The notes beneath the pieces are model-generated. The model worked only from the letters and a program-made list of their open reading frames with translations, had not been told where the DNA came from and did not search any database. From IMG/VR virus record IMGVR_UViG_3300033508_000321: a DNA stretch of 64,000 nucleotides. One strand, given 5' to 3'. Source of the DNA: a virus. Positions 7,779-17,419 of the stretch are shown here, piece after piece. Position 1 is the stretch's first letter. Every line of letters begins with the position of its first letter. A program made the position numbers and the translations under genes.

Positions 7779-8963
7779 ATGATACAAAACGCAAAAAATG
7801 CTACTCTAAAGAACGGCGTGTACAGCATTAACATCTTTGGCGAAATCAGAGATTCAAGTTGGTTAGCTGAGGTTATTGATATGTGTCAACGTGAAACTGA
7901 CATAAGCACTATAGAGCTGCGCATTAATTCTACGGGTGGTTACGTGGTGGATGGTTTTTCCGTTGTTTCTGCTATGCTAAATTCAAGTAAGCCAATACGT
8001 ACCGTGAATGAAGGTGTGGCCGCTTCTATTGCCGCTGTTATTTTCTTAGCCGGAAACGAACGTTGGATGCGTGATTATGCAAAAGTAATGATTCACGATC
8101 CCAGTATGTGGGGCGAAGAAATCGAAAAAATGCCCGATGGTAAAAACAAAACCGGGTTAATAAATCTTCGTGAAATGATAGCGCAGTTTATCACGTCACA
8201 AAGTGGAATGAACCTACCTACCGTACGTAAGAAAATGAATGATGAAACTTGGTTCACCGCACCTGAGTGCAAAGAACTGGGTATGGTAGAAAAGATACTC
8301 ACTACCAAACGGAAAGTAGCACTGCCCGAAAATTCAATGGATGCTCTCTTAATGGCAACTAATATACTTAATTTTAACAATTTGAATATGATTCGTGAAT
8401 TTTTTAACCTGCCAGAGGACGCTTCGGAAGAAATGATCCTCGATGCGGCTAAAAACTTGCAAAACGAAGCAGCAGAGGCAAAAGGCAAAGTTTCAGAAAT
8501 GGAAAACAGCCTAAAAGACTTGAATGCTTCAATAGAGAGTTTGAATGCCAATGTGACAAACAAAAATTCGGAAATCGAAAATTTGAAAGCCGAAAACGCT
8601 TCAAAACTCGAGGCAGTTACAAACGAACTTACCAGCGCAAAAAACGAACTGGAACAGTTGAACGGTGTTGTAGCTGAGCAAGAGGTAGAGGCCGCAATAA
8701 AAGCCGGAAAATTCACCGAAGCCGATAAAGAAACGCTGCTCGTATCTGCCAAAAACAACTTGGATACTTTCCGCAAAATCGCTGCCAGTGTACGCACTAA
8801 CGTACCAAAGATTACTGACGTGATTAACAAACCTGCGGTTACTGAATCCAAAAATGATTGGGGCTACAGCGAATGGTCTAAAAAAGACCCAGAGGGTTTG
8901 AAAAAACTGCAAGCAGAGAACCCTGCAAAATTCAAAAATTTACTTGACAAATACCTAAACTAA
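7779..8963 (+). CDS. Prohead protease (ClpP/S49-like) with C-terminal coiled-coil scaffold region
   Basis: INSTGGYVVDG...GVAASIAAVIFLAG...MIHDPS (Ser/His ClpP-like motifs). C-terminal E/K/A/N-rich coiled coil. Confidence 0.75.
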   Translation: MIQNAKNATLKNGVYSINIFGEIRDSSWLAEVIDMCQRETDISTIELRINSTGGYVVDGFSVVSAMLNSSKPIRTVNEGVAASIAAVIFLAGNERWMRDYAKVMIHDPSMWGEEIEKMPDGKNKTGLINLREMIAQFITSQSGMNLPTVRKKMNDETWFTAPECKELGMVEKILTTKRKVALPENSMDALLMATNILNFNNLNMIREFFNLPEDASEEMILDAAKNLQNEAAEAKGKVSEMENSLKDLNASIESLNANVTNKNSEIENLKAENASKLEAVTNELTSAKNELEQLNGVVAEQEVEAAIKAGKFTEADKETLLVSAKNNLDTFRKIAASVRTNVPKITDVINKPAVTESKNDWGYSEWSKKDPEGLKKLQAENPAKFKNLLDKYLN

Positions 8964-8970
8964 ACAAGCA

Positions 8971-9327
8971 ATGAGCGCAGATGCTAATTCTCATTTTGTA
9001 AGTTTTCCCTTCGGAGGTTTCGAAGAGGTAGACTTGACCGCTACGGGTGCACAAGCTATCGCCGTTGGTGGTAGTAACCTCTTAATAGATGGTGTATCGA
9101 CCGTAGCTACTGGAAATAGAACCCTAAACCTGACCGTTGGTAGCAACGTGACCGTGGGTACTGCTATTTTCCTGAAATCGAAAACCACTGGCACAGAAAC
9201 TACCGTATTTGGCACAGGTTTCACAGCCCCTACTATTACCGGTGTAGCTGGTAAAACTTTCTCATGTATGTACGTTTACGATGGTGCGGCTTTCCGCCCT
9301 GTTGGGACAGCAGTTCAAAACGACTAA
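8971..9327 (+). CDS. Hypothetical head protein (possible decoration protein)
   Basis: 118 aa, between the protease/scaffold and capsid genes. Confidence 0.35.
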   Translation: MSADANSHFVSFPFGGFEEVDLTATGAQAIAVGGSNLLIDGVSTVATGNRTLNLTVGSNVTVGTAIFLKSKTTGTETTVFGTGFTAPTITGVAGKTFSCMYVYDGAAFRPVGTAVQND

Positions 9328-9340
9328 TATTTAATCGAAT

Positions 9341-10258
9341 ATGGCAACAGAAGTATTAAAAAGGTTGTTTAGCCGTGAAATCGCATCAAACCTTTTTCCC
9401 GACAACCAATTTTACAAGTATTCAAAGCTCGTTGGTGGTGTAAACCCTGACGTGGCCGTGGTAGAAATACCAAACGCAGGTGCAGTTCCTACTGTAGTAG
9501 TTAACCCTACCGTTTACCCTTTGCAGATTGTAGAGCGTAAAGACGACCGCCAAACTTTCAACGTGGATTTGTTTGCAACAAAACCTACCCTTTTGACTGA
9601 CGAAAATCAGTTGGTTGTAAGTTACGACAAACGTGCCGATGTGTTGAAAGACCATACAAGTACTTTGAATAGCGAAATCGCTTTTCGTATAGCTCACGCA
9701 TGGGCAAGTGGTATACCCGCAGGTGGACTTTTCCCAACAACCGGTACAACTACCCGTAGTGCTTCACTACCCTCAGCAACCGGTACACGTAAACGTGCAA
9801 TCGCTGCCGACATACAAAAAATTCAGGAATACATGGACAAACAAGACGTGCCAATGGATGGCCGTTACGCTGTTCTACCTGCTGAATTGTATGGTGACCT
9901 TGCATTGGTTGACGAGTTTATCTCGTACGACAGACGTGGTTTGGTTGACATGGTGAAAATGGGTCTGATTGGTGAGATTTACGGTTTCCGTATCTTCAAA
10001 CGTAGCTCAGTGGTTCTTGCAAACGCTTCTAGTGGTGCATTGAAAGCCATAGGTGCTGCTGCCGCAACTACCGATTCATACGCTGGTCTTTTCTGGCATG
10101 AATCTTTTGCTTGGAGAGCAGAAGGAAACGCAAAAATCTACATTAACCCTGATCAAGCCGAGTACCTTGGTACTGTTATGAACGCCGCAGTTCGTGCCGG
10201 TGGTGCTACTTCTTACCTTGACGGTAAAGGTGTTGCAATGCTTTATCAAGCAAGCTAA
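9341..10258 (+). CDS. Major capsid protein
   Basis: 305 aa. Canonical position after the protease/scaffold. No family-specific motif verified. Confidence 0.6.
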   Translation: MATEVLKRLFSREIASNLFPDNQFYKYSKLVGGVNPDVAVVEIPNAGAVPTVVVNPTVYPLQIVERKDDRQTFNVDLFATKPTLLTDENQLVVSYDKRADVLKDHTSTLNSEIAFRIAHAWASGIPAGGLFPTTGTTTRSASLPSATGTRKRAIAADIQKIQEYMDKQDVPMDGRYAVLPAELYGDLALVDEFISYDRRGLVDMVKMGLIGEIYGFRIFKRSSVVLANASSGALKAIGAAAATTDSYAGLFWHESFAWRAEGNAKIYINPDQAEYLGTVMNAAVRAGGATSYLDGKGVAMLYQAS

Positions 10259-10476
10259 TGACCGAATTAACAAAACTATCCGGGGCGTATTTTGAAAAAG
10301 ATACGTCTCTGGAGGTTATGTTTGCAACCTCTGATGGAAATTTCTTTTACCAAGAAACATATGCTACTGAGCATTCGAGGAAAAAAGGGATTGAAAAAAT
10401 CAAAATAACCCGGGAAGACTGGGAAAAAAGTAAAAACATACCCAAAATAAACAAAAATGGCATTAACAATAAATAA
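10258..10476 (+). CDS. Hypothetical protein
   Basis: ATG overlaps the capsid stop. 72 aa. Confidence 0.35.
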   Translation: MTELTKLSGAYFEKDTSLEVMFATSDGNFFYQETYATEHSRKKGIEKIKITREDWEKSKNIPKINKNGINNK

Positions 10477-12070
10477 GAGTGCTAACGGTTTGGGAAGGCT
10501 ACTGCCCGGTACTTCTCATGTATCGGGTTTGCTTTTTTACAGCAATACCTTACCGTCAGGCTTTTCATCTGGTAGCCGTATCAAAAAACTGTATTCATTA
10601 CAGGATGCGGTGAATCTGGGTATAACTGGCAATAGCTCCGATGAAACGAAAGCCGCAACCGGTGGAACAGTCTTGATGACTGCCGTAGGTTCAAGTGGTG
10701 ACGTTTCTAGTATCACTGTTAACGGTGGTGTATTGGGTTCGTATACGCATGGTGCTAGTGAAACTACCACTACCCTAGCTACCGCCCTTGCCGCCGCAAT
10801 TAACACCAACACGTTTAAACATGGGTGGACTGCTTCATCTGCAACCGCTACCGTGACCGTTGTACCGCCTACCGGCTTAGGTGCTTTCTCTCTTACTTTG
10901 GCTCTGGCTACAAGTGGTACAGCAGCAGCTACCGTTACTCAATTAAGTGGTGGTGCGAGTTCAAAACTTGATCCGTTGTATTATCACATTTCCGAATTTT
11001 TCCGCTTAAATTCTCAGGGTATTCTTTACGTTGGTATTTATGCTGAGGGTTCGTACACTGGTGCTGAAATAAAAACGCTGCAAGATTACTCAGGTGGTGA
11101 GATAAACCAAATAGCTGTATACGTACCCGCCGTTACTTTTGCTTCGAGCCTTGTAACTGCTTCACAAACTTACGTAGATACCGTATACAACGAAGGTAAA
11201 CCTTTGATGGTTACTTTAGCCGCCGATTTTACCTCACTTGCTATAGCTACATTGCCGAACATTACTACTTTGGACAGTGAAGGTGTACACGTGAATATTG
11301 GTGTAGATGGTTACTGGACTAGCCCCGTTTGGGCAGCAGCCGAAACATACGTTACCGGAACTCTGGTTAACTTCTGCGGTAAGATTTACAGCGCAAAGAG
11401 TAACGCAACCGGTGCTCCACAAAGCCCGTTGAATACTCAGTATTGGGCTGAAATCAGCAAAAACTATCAGGCTATCTTTGGAAAATCCGTACCCGCTCTA
11501 GGTACTGTACTCGGTGCAATGTCATTGGCGAAAGTTAGTGAAAATATCGGATGGGTACAGAAATTTGACCTCTCAGGTACAAACGTATTTCAAAGTGGCG
11601 GTCTGGTATTTGGTACTGCTTATCGTGATTTAACAGAAAATCAGAAAACCGATATTACCAATAAGCACTATACGTTTATTGAAACTCACTACGGTATTTC
11701 GGGTAGTTATTTCACCGATTCGTGGACTGCTACACTTCGTACTAGCGATTATGCAACGATTGAAAACAATCGTACAATTAACAGTCTGATACGTAGTGTA
11801 CGCCCAGAGGTTTTGCCCTTGCTCAAATCACCTTTGTTTGTTACAAGTGCGGGTAAACTTACCAATGGCACAGTGGCAATCTTCGAAAATTCCGTGAAAC
11901 GTGGTGCAGATGTGCTCACAACTTCGCAGGATATAAGTGCTTACAGTGTACTCATTAACCCGGATCAAGATGTGTTAACTACTTCGCAAGTTGTGGTGAC
12001 GCTTCGTGTTGTACCGGTTGGTGTTGCACGTGAGATAGTTGTTAACATTGGATTTACAACCGCATTATGA
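10457..12070 (+). CDS. Putative tail sheath protein with CBM5/12-like insertion
   Basis: 537 aa immediately before the tube-chaperone-tape measure series. Internal YVTGTLVNFCGKIYSAKSNATGAPQSPLNTQYW motif (11321-11452). Confidence 0.5.
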   Translation: MALTINKSANGLGRLLPGTSHVSGLLFYSNTLPSGFSSGSRIKKLYSLQDAVNLGITGNSSDETKAATGGTVLMTAVGSSGDVSSITVNGGVLGSYTHGASETTTTLATALAAAINTNTFKHGWTASSATATVTVVPPTGLGAFSLTLALATSGTAAATVTQLSGGASSKLDPLYYHISEFFRLNSQGILYVGIYAEGSYTGAEIKTLQDYSGGEINQIAVYVPAVTFASSLVTASQTYVDTVYNEGKPLMVTLAADFTSLAIATLPNITTLDSEGVHVNIGVDGYWTSPVWAAAETYVTGTLVNFCGKIYSAKSNATGAPQSPLNTQYWAEISKNYQAIFGKSVPALGTVLGAMSLAKVSENIGWVQKFDLSGTNVFQSGGLVFGTAYRDLTENQKTDITNKHYTFIETHYGISGSYFTDSWTATLRTSDYATIENNRTINSLIRSVRPEVLPLLKSPLFVTSAGKLTNGTVAIFENSVKRGADVLTTSQDISAYSVLINPDQDVLTTSQVVVTLRVVPVGVAREIVVNIGFTTAL

Positions 12071-12504
12071 ATACAGTACCCTTAATTAATGGCCGTGCGT
12101 ACGACTATGCATCCATTGAGTTGATTTTAGCAGGTTCGCCGCTAGTTTCCGTTTCTTCTATCTCATACGTAGAATCACAGGAAAAAATGAATAACTACGG
12201 TTTGGGTACATTACCAACAAGCCGTGGCCGTGGTACGAAAGAAGTGAGCGTATCTATGGACATTTCAATGAATGAGGTTGAAAACCTACGTACTGCCGTG
12301 TTTGCTTTGGATTCACTCAGCAAAGGTTCTTTGCTTTCTTTACCCGCTTTCGATATTTTGGTTTCGTTCTTCAATGGTCAAAGTGTAGTGGTTCACACAG
12401 TGAAAAATTGTGAATTTACTGACGATGGTGTTGAAGGTTCAACCGGTGATGGTGAGCTGAAACGTTCTTTCAATTTGATTGCTTCACACGTGGAATACCG
12501 ATGA
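12067..12504 (+). CDS. Putative tail tube protein
   Basis: 145 aa between the sheath-sized gene and the chaperone pair. ATGA overlap. Confidence 0.55.
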   Translation: MNTVPLINGRAYDYASIELILAGSPLVSVSSISYVESQEKMNNYGLGTLPTSRGRGTKEVSVSMDISMNEVENLRTAVFALDSLSKGSLLSLPAFDILVSFFNGQSVVVHTVKNCEFTDDGVEGSTGDGELKRSFNLIASHVEYR

Positions 12505-12809
12505 AAAAAACAAAAGTAATTCGCAAAGAGGCTTTGCCGGTACAAGCGTTTGAAATCGTGGTGAGCGGTGTAGCATACGAATATGTTATACAGCAACCTA
12601 CCTTTGAACAGCTATCACTAGCTACCTCGCAGATGATAAAATCAGGTGGTACTATGGATGTAGTTTCGCCCGGAAAAATCATTTTCGATACGTGTTGTGT
12701 AGAGCATACCGAAGGTATGGAATTAGAACCCTCAGTACTCATAAAAATCTGTATAGGTTTAACGACCGAATATGTACAGGGTTTTGATTACGAGATTAAA
12801 AAAAAATAG
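12501..12809 (+). CDS. Tail assembly chaperone (short, in-frame product)
   Basis: 102 aa directly upstream of the tape measure gene. Ends in the slippery run ATT AAA AAA AAA TAG. Confidence 0.6.
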   Translation: MKKTKVIRKEALPVQAFEIVVSGVAYEYVIQQPTFEQLSLATSQMIKSGGTMDVVSPGKIIFDTCCVEHTEGMELEPSVLIKICIGLTTEYVQGFDYEIKKK

Positions 12810-12976
12810 ATGTTGAAACGCTGCCGGAGGCTGTTAGTTTCCGGCACGTTTTCGCTCTTATCCGCTTTTACTATCACGTTAATCCCGAAGATTTGGACAT
12901 GGAAACATACGTAAAATTACTTTCAGAATTGACTTGGTTAAGCAAAGTGGGTGTTCTTGGTGTAAAACTTTCATAA
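12501..12976 (+). CDS. Tail assembly chaperone, long product via -1 frameshift at A9 (12798-12806)
   Basis: The -1 frame is open with no start codon from the A9 run to TAA 12974-12976 (57 codons: KIDVETLPEAVSFRHVFALIRFYYHVNPEDLDMETYVKLLSELTWLSKVGVLGVKLS). Confidence 0.55.
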
Positions 12977-13001
12977 TGTTACTCTTACCAGTAACATTTT
13001 T
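12977..13001 (+). terminator. Terminator-like hairpin between chaperone and tape measure genes
   Basis: TGTTACT-cttacc-AGTAACA followed by TTTTT. Confidence 0.3.
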
Positions 13002-13012
13002 AATTTAAAGCT

Positions 13013-14716
13013 ATGGCCAATATAGTAGAATACATCATAAAATTAAATGACCGCTTCGCACCGGTGCTCGATAAAACGCATTCGAAGTTAAAAACCTTTG
13101 AGAGCAGTTTATTTTCGGTAAATAGCACAGTACTTTCGCTCGGTGCTGCTATTGCCGGTATTGGTGTAGGTAGTAAAATCATTTCTGCTACATCCGATTT
13201 CGAGCGTTTTAACGCCGTTTTAACGAACGCATTTGGTGACGCTACAAAAGCAGCATCCAGTATGCAAATGATAACGGACATAGCAAGTAAAACGCCTTTC
13301 GAGATAGATAAATTAACCGAGAGCTACGTAAAACTTGTTAACCGTGGTTTTGTACCCACACGTGAGGAAATTATAAACCTAGGTGACTTAGCTAGTTCGC
13401 AAGGCAAAGAATTTGACCAGTTAACCGAGGCACTTTTGGACGCAGAAACAATGGAATTTGAGCGCCTAAAAGAATTTGGGATAAAAGCATCGAAAGAGGG
13501 TAATAAAGTAAAAATGACTTTCAGAGGTGTAACCACTACAATGGATGCGACTGGTGAAAGTGTGCGTAACTATGTACTAGGTTTAGGGCAAGTAAAAGGA
13601 ATTTCCGGATCGATGGCTGCTATCTCTGGTACGTTGGGTGGTAGGCTTAGCAATTTACAAGATTCATTAACACAATTGGCATTAAAAGTAGGTCTGGCAC
13701 TCTCGAAAGAACTAAAAGGGTTTATTGACTGGTCAATAGAATTGATCTCTAAGTACACACCGGCTATAGTTGCGGGTGTTGGTGCTATGATTGCAAAGTT
13801 CAAAGTTTTCGTAGGGTGGATTCAAGAAAATAAAGATATGCTGATGGGATTAATCACCGGTTTTGCCGCTTTTATTGCCATATATAAGACTCTAGGCATG
13901 GTTAGTCAGTCTATCACGTTGTTTCAATCTATAATGGCGTTTGCTGCCGCAAATCCTATTGTATTGATAGTAGCAGCCGTTGCCGGATTAATTGCATACA
14001 TGGTACATCTGTACAAAACAAGTGAATCATTTCGTAAAGTTGTGGATGACCTTTGGTCTTCAATAAAAGGGTTAGCTACTCAATTAAGCAAAGCATTTGC
14101 CCCTGCATTGTCTAAAATATGGGATATGTTCAAAAAACTTTGGGCAATTTTAAAGCCTATTGTAGACAGAGCACTTACCGGGTTGCTTGGATACATTAAC
14201 ATGATAATAACGGCATTCGGTAAATTGGTTTCTTTTTTTACCGAAACAAAAATAGGTACATTCATAGTTGACGTGCTGCTAGCACCATTAAAGCTAAGTA
14301 TTATGTACGTAGAAAAGCTATTTTCGCTCGTAGAGTGGGGCATGGAAAAACTCGGTTTGATGCAAAAAGAACAAGCAAGTGGTATAACTACTGATGAGGA
14401 CATGAATTTGATCGATCCGAACAGAAAGTACCGTATGGCAGGCCTACATAATGGTGGAAATACTCTTGCAGGAAATTTAAACGCTGCAACCAATACAACA
14501 GCAAATGGTGGTGTGAATGCTATAACGAAAAATGCAAGTGGTGTGAGTGAAATTACCAATGCAGCACCAAAAGTGTTTAACGTGAACATAGAAAAGCTAA
14601 TTGAGAATTTCGATATCAATACCACTAACATAAAAGAAAGCGGCGCACAGCTAAAGGAAATGATTAAAAAAACGATTTTAGAGGCGGTAACAGATGTTTC
14701 ACTTCAAATGAATTAA
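13013..14716 (+). CDS. Tail tape measure protein
   Basis: 567 aa. TMP core motif ASKTPFEIDKLTESYVKLVNRGF...LGDLASSQG. Central hydrophobic helices. Position after the frameshifted chaperones. Confidence 0.8.
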   Translation: MANIVEYIIKLNDRFAPVLDKTHSKLKTFESSLFSVNSTVLSLGAAIAGIGVGSKIISATSDFERFNAVLTNAFGDATKAASSMQMITDIASKTPFEIDKLTESYVKLVNRGFVPTREEIINLGDLASSQGKEFDQLTEALLDAETMEFERLKEFGIKASKEGNKVKMTFRGVTTTMDATGESVRNYVLGLGQVKGISGSMAAISGTLGGRLSNLQDSLTQLALKVGLALSKELKGFIDWSIELISKYTPAIVAGVGAMIAKFKVFVGWIQENKDMLMGLITGFAAFIAIYKTLGMVSQSITLFQSIMAFAAANPIVLIVAAVAGLIAYMVHLYKTSESFRKVVDDLWSSIKGLATQLSKAFAPALSKIWDMFKKLWAILKPIVDRALTGLLGYINMIITAFGKLVSFFTETKIGTFIVDVLLAPLKLSIMYVEKLFSLVEWGMEKLGLMQKEQASGITTDEDMNLIDPNRKYRMAGLHNGGNTLAGNLNAATNTTANGGVNAITKNASGVSEITNAAPKVFNVNIEKLIENFDINTTNIKESGAQLKEMIKKTILEAVTDVSLQMN

Positions 14717-14722
14717 CAAAGT

Positions 14723-15316
14723 ATGGCAGTATTCAAGCAACTAACCGCAAACGCAGTAGAACTCAGCATACGTGCTAAAGGAATTATCACATCATTAGTA
14801 CAGCCTTTGCTTTTCAACGTACAGGCTTTGCAACGTGATACACCAGATCGTTTTTCCGATTTTTTTGGTACACCGGTGCTCGGTTCTATGCTTTTCCCAC
14901 AGGGTGCGTATGTTGATTTGACGGGAAATACCATAGCGTACCCGGACTTGAATTTCAACGAGGCAATAGTAGAAGTAAGTAAAACGAATAACATAGAAAG
15001 CACCCCACTACCGGGTAGAGATGGTACGATAAAAGAGTACATTTCTGCATCCGATTACCAAATAACCGTAAATGCTTTGCTAGTTGGTGAGGGTGAGCAG
15101 TCACCGTATGATTTGGTTACCACTTGTAACTCCGTTTTTTCCGCTACTCAGGCTATTGAAGTGTATAACGATTTACTCATAGCTTTGGATGTTACGACCG
15201 TGGTTATTCAATCGGTTACGTACCGCCAAAATCAGGCATTTTCAAACGTTTTGGGTGTTACTATCACAATGACCTCGGATAAAAACGTTAACTTAGAAGA
15301 AAATGCTACGACCTAG
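14723..15316 (+). CDS. Baseplate/tail protein (post-tape-measure)
   Basis: 197 aa. Call by position only. Confidence 0.4.
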   Translation: MAVFKQLTANAVELSIRAKGIITSLVQPLLFNVQALQRDTPDRFSDFFGTPVLGSMLFPQGAYVDLTGNTIAYPDLNFNEAIVEVSKTNNIESTPLPGRDGTIKEYISASDYQITVNALLVGEGEQSPYDLVTTCNSVFSATQAIEVYNDLLIALDVTTVVIQSVTYRQNQAFSNVLGVTITMTSDKNVNLEENATT

Positions 15317-16274
15317 TATAAAAATACAAATCGGGCAAACGGTTTTTACTTCGGTAGAATCGGTCACAATTACCCAAACATGGGAAGAGATGACCGATAC
15401 CGCCATGTTTCGCCTACCTTCTACACTCTGGAAACGTGGCATTAATCTGAAAACGCTGTTTCCATATGGAACTGCCGTTACTATTTGGATGGGTGTGGAT
15501 AGAAATTTAGTCGAAATTTTTACTGGTTACGTTACTGCAATAAAGCAGGATTCAATCAGTGAGTTTGCGTGTCAAGATGCTATGTACCTGCTGAAAAAAA
15601 GCACCGTAAAAAGCTATTTTAAATCGAACGTTAGCTTAAAACAGTTGCTTTTAGATCTTGAAATACCCGCAACGGCGAATGTTGAAGTACCAAATCTAGG
15701 TACAGTGAAGTTTCAAAACGTAAACAAAGCTCAAATACTTGACAAACTCAAAGAATACGGACTTTATACGTTCAATCGTAACGGCTTGCAAGTTGGCTTT
15801 CCTTACCTGTTAACGGGTAGCGAGTACAAGTTTTACTTCAATGGCGCAAAAGCAAGCATAATTGATAATAGTTTGAACTACGAAGAAGTAGAAGTAAATC
15901 AGATTTACCTGAAAAGCACATCGTTTTTGGCAGATGGTAGCAATATTGTGCTTTATTCCTACTACCTGAATGGAAACATCGTGAGCAGTACTGAAAAGCC
16001 AGATGATGGTGATTCACGAAATGCTTTTTTCTACGGTTTATCATACTCAGAATTAAAGCAGGTGAGCGAAGAACGTTTGCGCAAAATAAACTATGATGGT
16101 TATAGTGGTACTTTTAGCACTTTTATTTTGCCGAAAATTTATTTTGGTGATAAAGTAACGCTAGTAGATAACCGTTATGCTGAGCGTGAGGGTACGTACC
16201 TTGTAAAAGGTGTAGAACGTACGTATAGTACAGGTGGTGCACGTCAAACAATAATGTTAGATGCGAAAGTATGA
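15303..16274 (+). CDS. Baseplate hub protein (P2 gpD / late control D-like)
   Basis: 323 aa. C-terminal GTYLVKGVERTYSTGGARQTIML resembles the gpD family ending. Position is consistent. Confidence 0.55.
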   Translation: MLRPSIKIQIGQTVFTSVESVTITQTWEEMTDTAMFRLPSTLWKRGINLKTLFPYGTAVTIWMGVDRNLVEIFTGYVTAIKQDSISEFACQDAMYLLKKSTVKSYFKSNVSLKQLLLDLEIPATANVEVPNLGTVKFQNVNKAQILDKLKEYGLYTFNRNGLQVGFPYLLTGSEYKFYFNGAKASIIDNSLNYEEVEVNQIYLKSTSFLADGSNIVLYSYYLNGNIVSSTEKPDDGDSRNAFFYGLSYSELKQVSEERLRKINYDGYSGTFSTFILPKIYFGDKVTLVDNRYAEREGTYLVKGVERTYSTGGARQTIMLDAKV

Positions 16275-16810
16275 GAGAAATAATAAAGCAACTTTTTGCC
16301 GATTTTTTTAATCAGCATGAAATTTACTCACGTTATGGTGTGGTTACTCAGGTTAATTCTGATAACACGTGTAGCGTAAGTTTTGAGGGTTTTGCGTCTA
16401 TGGAAAACATACCCTTTGCCGGAATTTCTGGCAATGATGGCATAGTAATAAAACCGAAATTGAATACTAAAGTACTGGTGACGTTTACCAGTTTTCAGAC
16501 CGCTTTTATTTCTTACGTTGTAGAACCTGATACCATACAATTTAAAAATGAAAGTGTTAAAATTCTGTTATCTGATAAAGTCATTTTTAATGCTGGTGAG
16601 AACGATGGTACAGTGCTAATAAATCCATTATTGGAAAAAATAAACCGCTTAGAAGGTCAGATAAATGACCTTAAAACGCTTTTTTCATCATGGGTAGTAG
16701 CACCCGGTGATGGTGGTTTAGCGTTGAAAACCATACTTGCAACGTGGTACGCTGCTCAGATAAGCGAAACAACAAAAGACGAAATAGAAAATAAAACTAT
16801 ACTGCAATGA
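16271..16810 (+). CDS. Baseplate spike/assembly protein (gpV-like)
   Basis: 179 aa following the hub gene. Call by context. Confidence 0.4.
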   Translation: MREIIKQLFADFFNQHEIYSRYGVVTQVNSDNTCSVSFEGFASMENIPFAGISGNDGIVIKPKLNTKVLVTFTSFQTAFISYVVEPDTIQFKNESVKILLSDKVIFNAGENDGTVLINPLLEKINRLEGQINDLKTLFSSWVVAPGDGGLALKTILATWYAAQISETTKDEIENKTILQ

Positions 16811-17109
16811 ATGATATAATTTTTGATAATGGGGACGTGCAAATAAGCAACGGCGATTTCGTGGTTAGTGACAGCACGGCGCAGGAAACTGAGTTAATCA
16901 TGTACGCTAACCTCGGTCAGTTACCTCTTAATCCTTTGCTCGGTGTTAACATTCAGAGCATGATCAACGGCTCAGCTAATCGTATGGCATTAACTGCCAT
17001 AGTTAGAAAAAATATGAAAAACGATGACTTAGAAGTAGAAAATCTTAATATTGCACTCACTACCAACGGTACGCTTAGTGTGGATGTTAACACAAAACGG
17101 AAAAAATGA
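16807..17109 (+). CDS. Baseplate wedge protein (gp25 / gpW-like)
   Basis: 100 aa. LGQLPLNPLLGVNIQSMING resembles the gp25-like core. Position is consistent. Confidence 0.45.
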   Translation: MNDIIFDNGDVQISNGDFVVSDSTAQETELIMYANLGQLPLNPLLGVNIQSMINGSANRMALTAIVRKNMKNDDLEVENLNIALTTNGTLSVDVNTKRKK

Positions 17110-17414
17110 CTCGTGCTTTACCCGGACAAACGCTTTTAGATGTTGTACTTCAAAACGCTGGTACGTTGGAGGCTATAGGTGATTTTTTGCGGGAAAATCC
17201 CTTATTTGACTTATCAGCAAACATACAAGAGGGTACAGCGTACCAGTATTCAGGCGCTACGGTTGATCGTGATGTGCTGGACACATTTATTCGTACAAAT
17301 CACAAACCGGTGGCAATACAAAGTACGATTGAATTTGGTGAGGGTGGTGATTACATCTCTACCGATGGAATTTATTACAAATCTACTGATGGGATTTACT
17401 ATTTAATAGCATAA
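17106..17414 (+). CDS. Small tail protein, LysM-like N-terminus; C-terminal STDGIYYK duplication
   Basis: PGQTLLDVVLQNAGTLEAIGDFLRENPL resembles LysM/gpX. Tandem 21-nt duplication at about 17359-17400. Confidence 0.35.
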   Translation: MTRALPGQTLLDVVLQNAGTLEAIGDFLRENPLFDLSANIQEGTAYQYSGATVDRDVLDTFIRTNHKPVAIQSTIEFGEGGDYISTDGIYYKSTDGIYYLIA

Positions 17415-17419
17415 AGAAA

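Noticed and set aside
8093-8851. 252-aa ORF on the - strand, antisense to the protease/scaffold gene
   Set aside because: It lies entirely inside a well-supported + strand gene. Its Ser/Ala/Phe-rich low-complexity translation is what the reverse complement of an E/K/A/N-rich coiled-coil region produces. No promoter-like box was seen.
14080-14631. 183-aa - strand ORF antisense to the tape measure gene
   Set aside because: It is embedded in a gene with a clear tape-measure signature. It is a typical shadow ORF with no independent signals.
17179-17406. 75-aa + strand ORF in an alternative frame inside 17106-17414
   Set aside because: It is fully nested in a better-supported ORF that is ATGA-coupled on both sides. 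No separate start context was seen.
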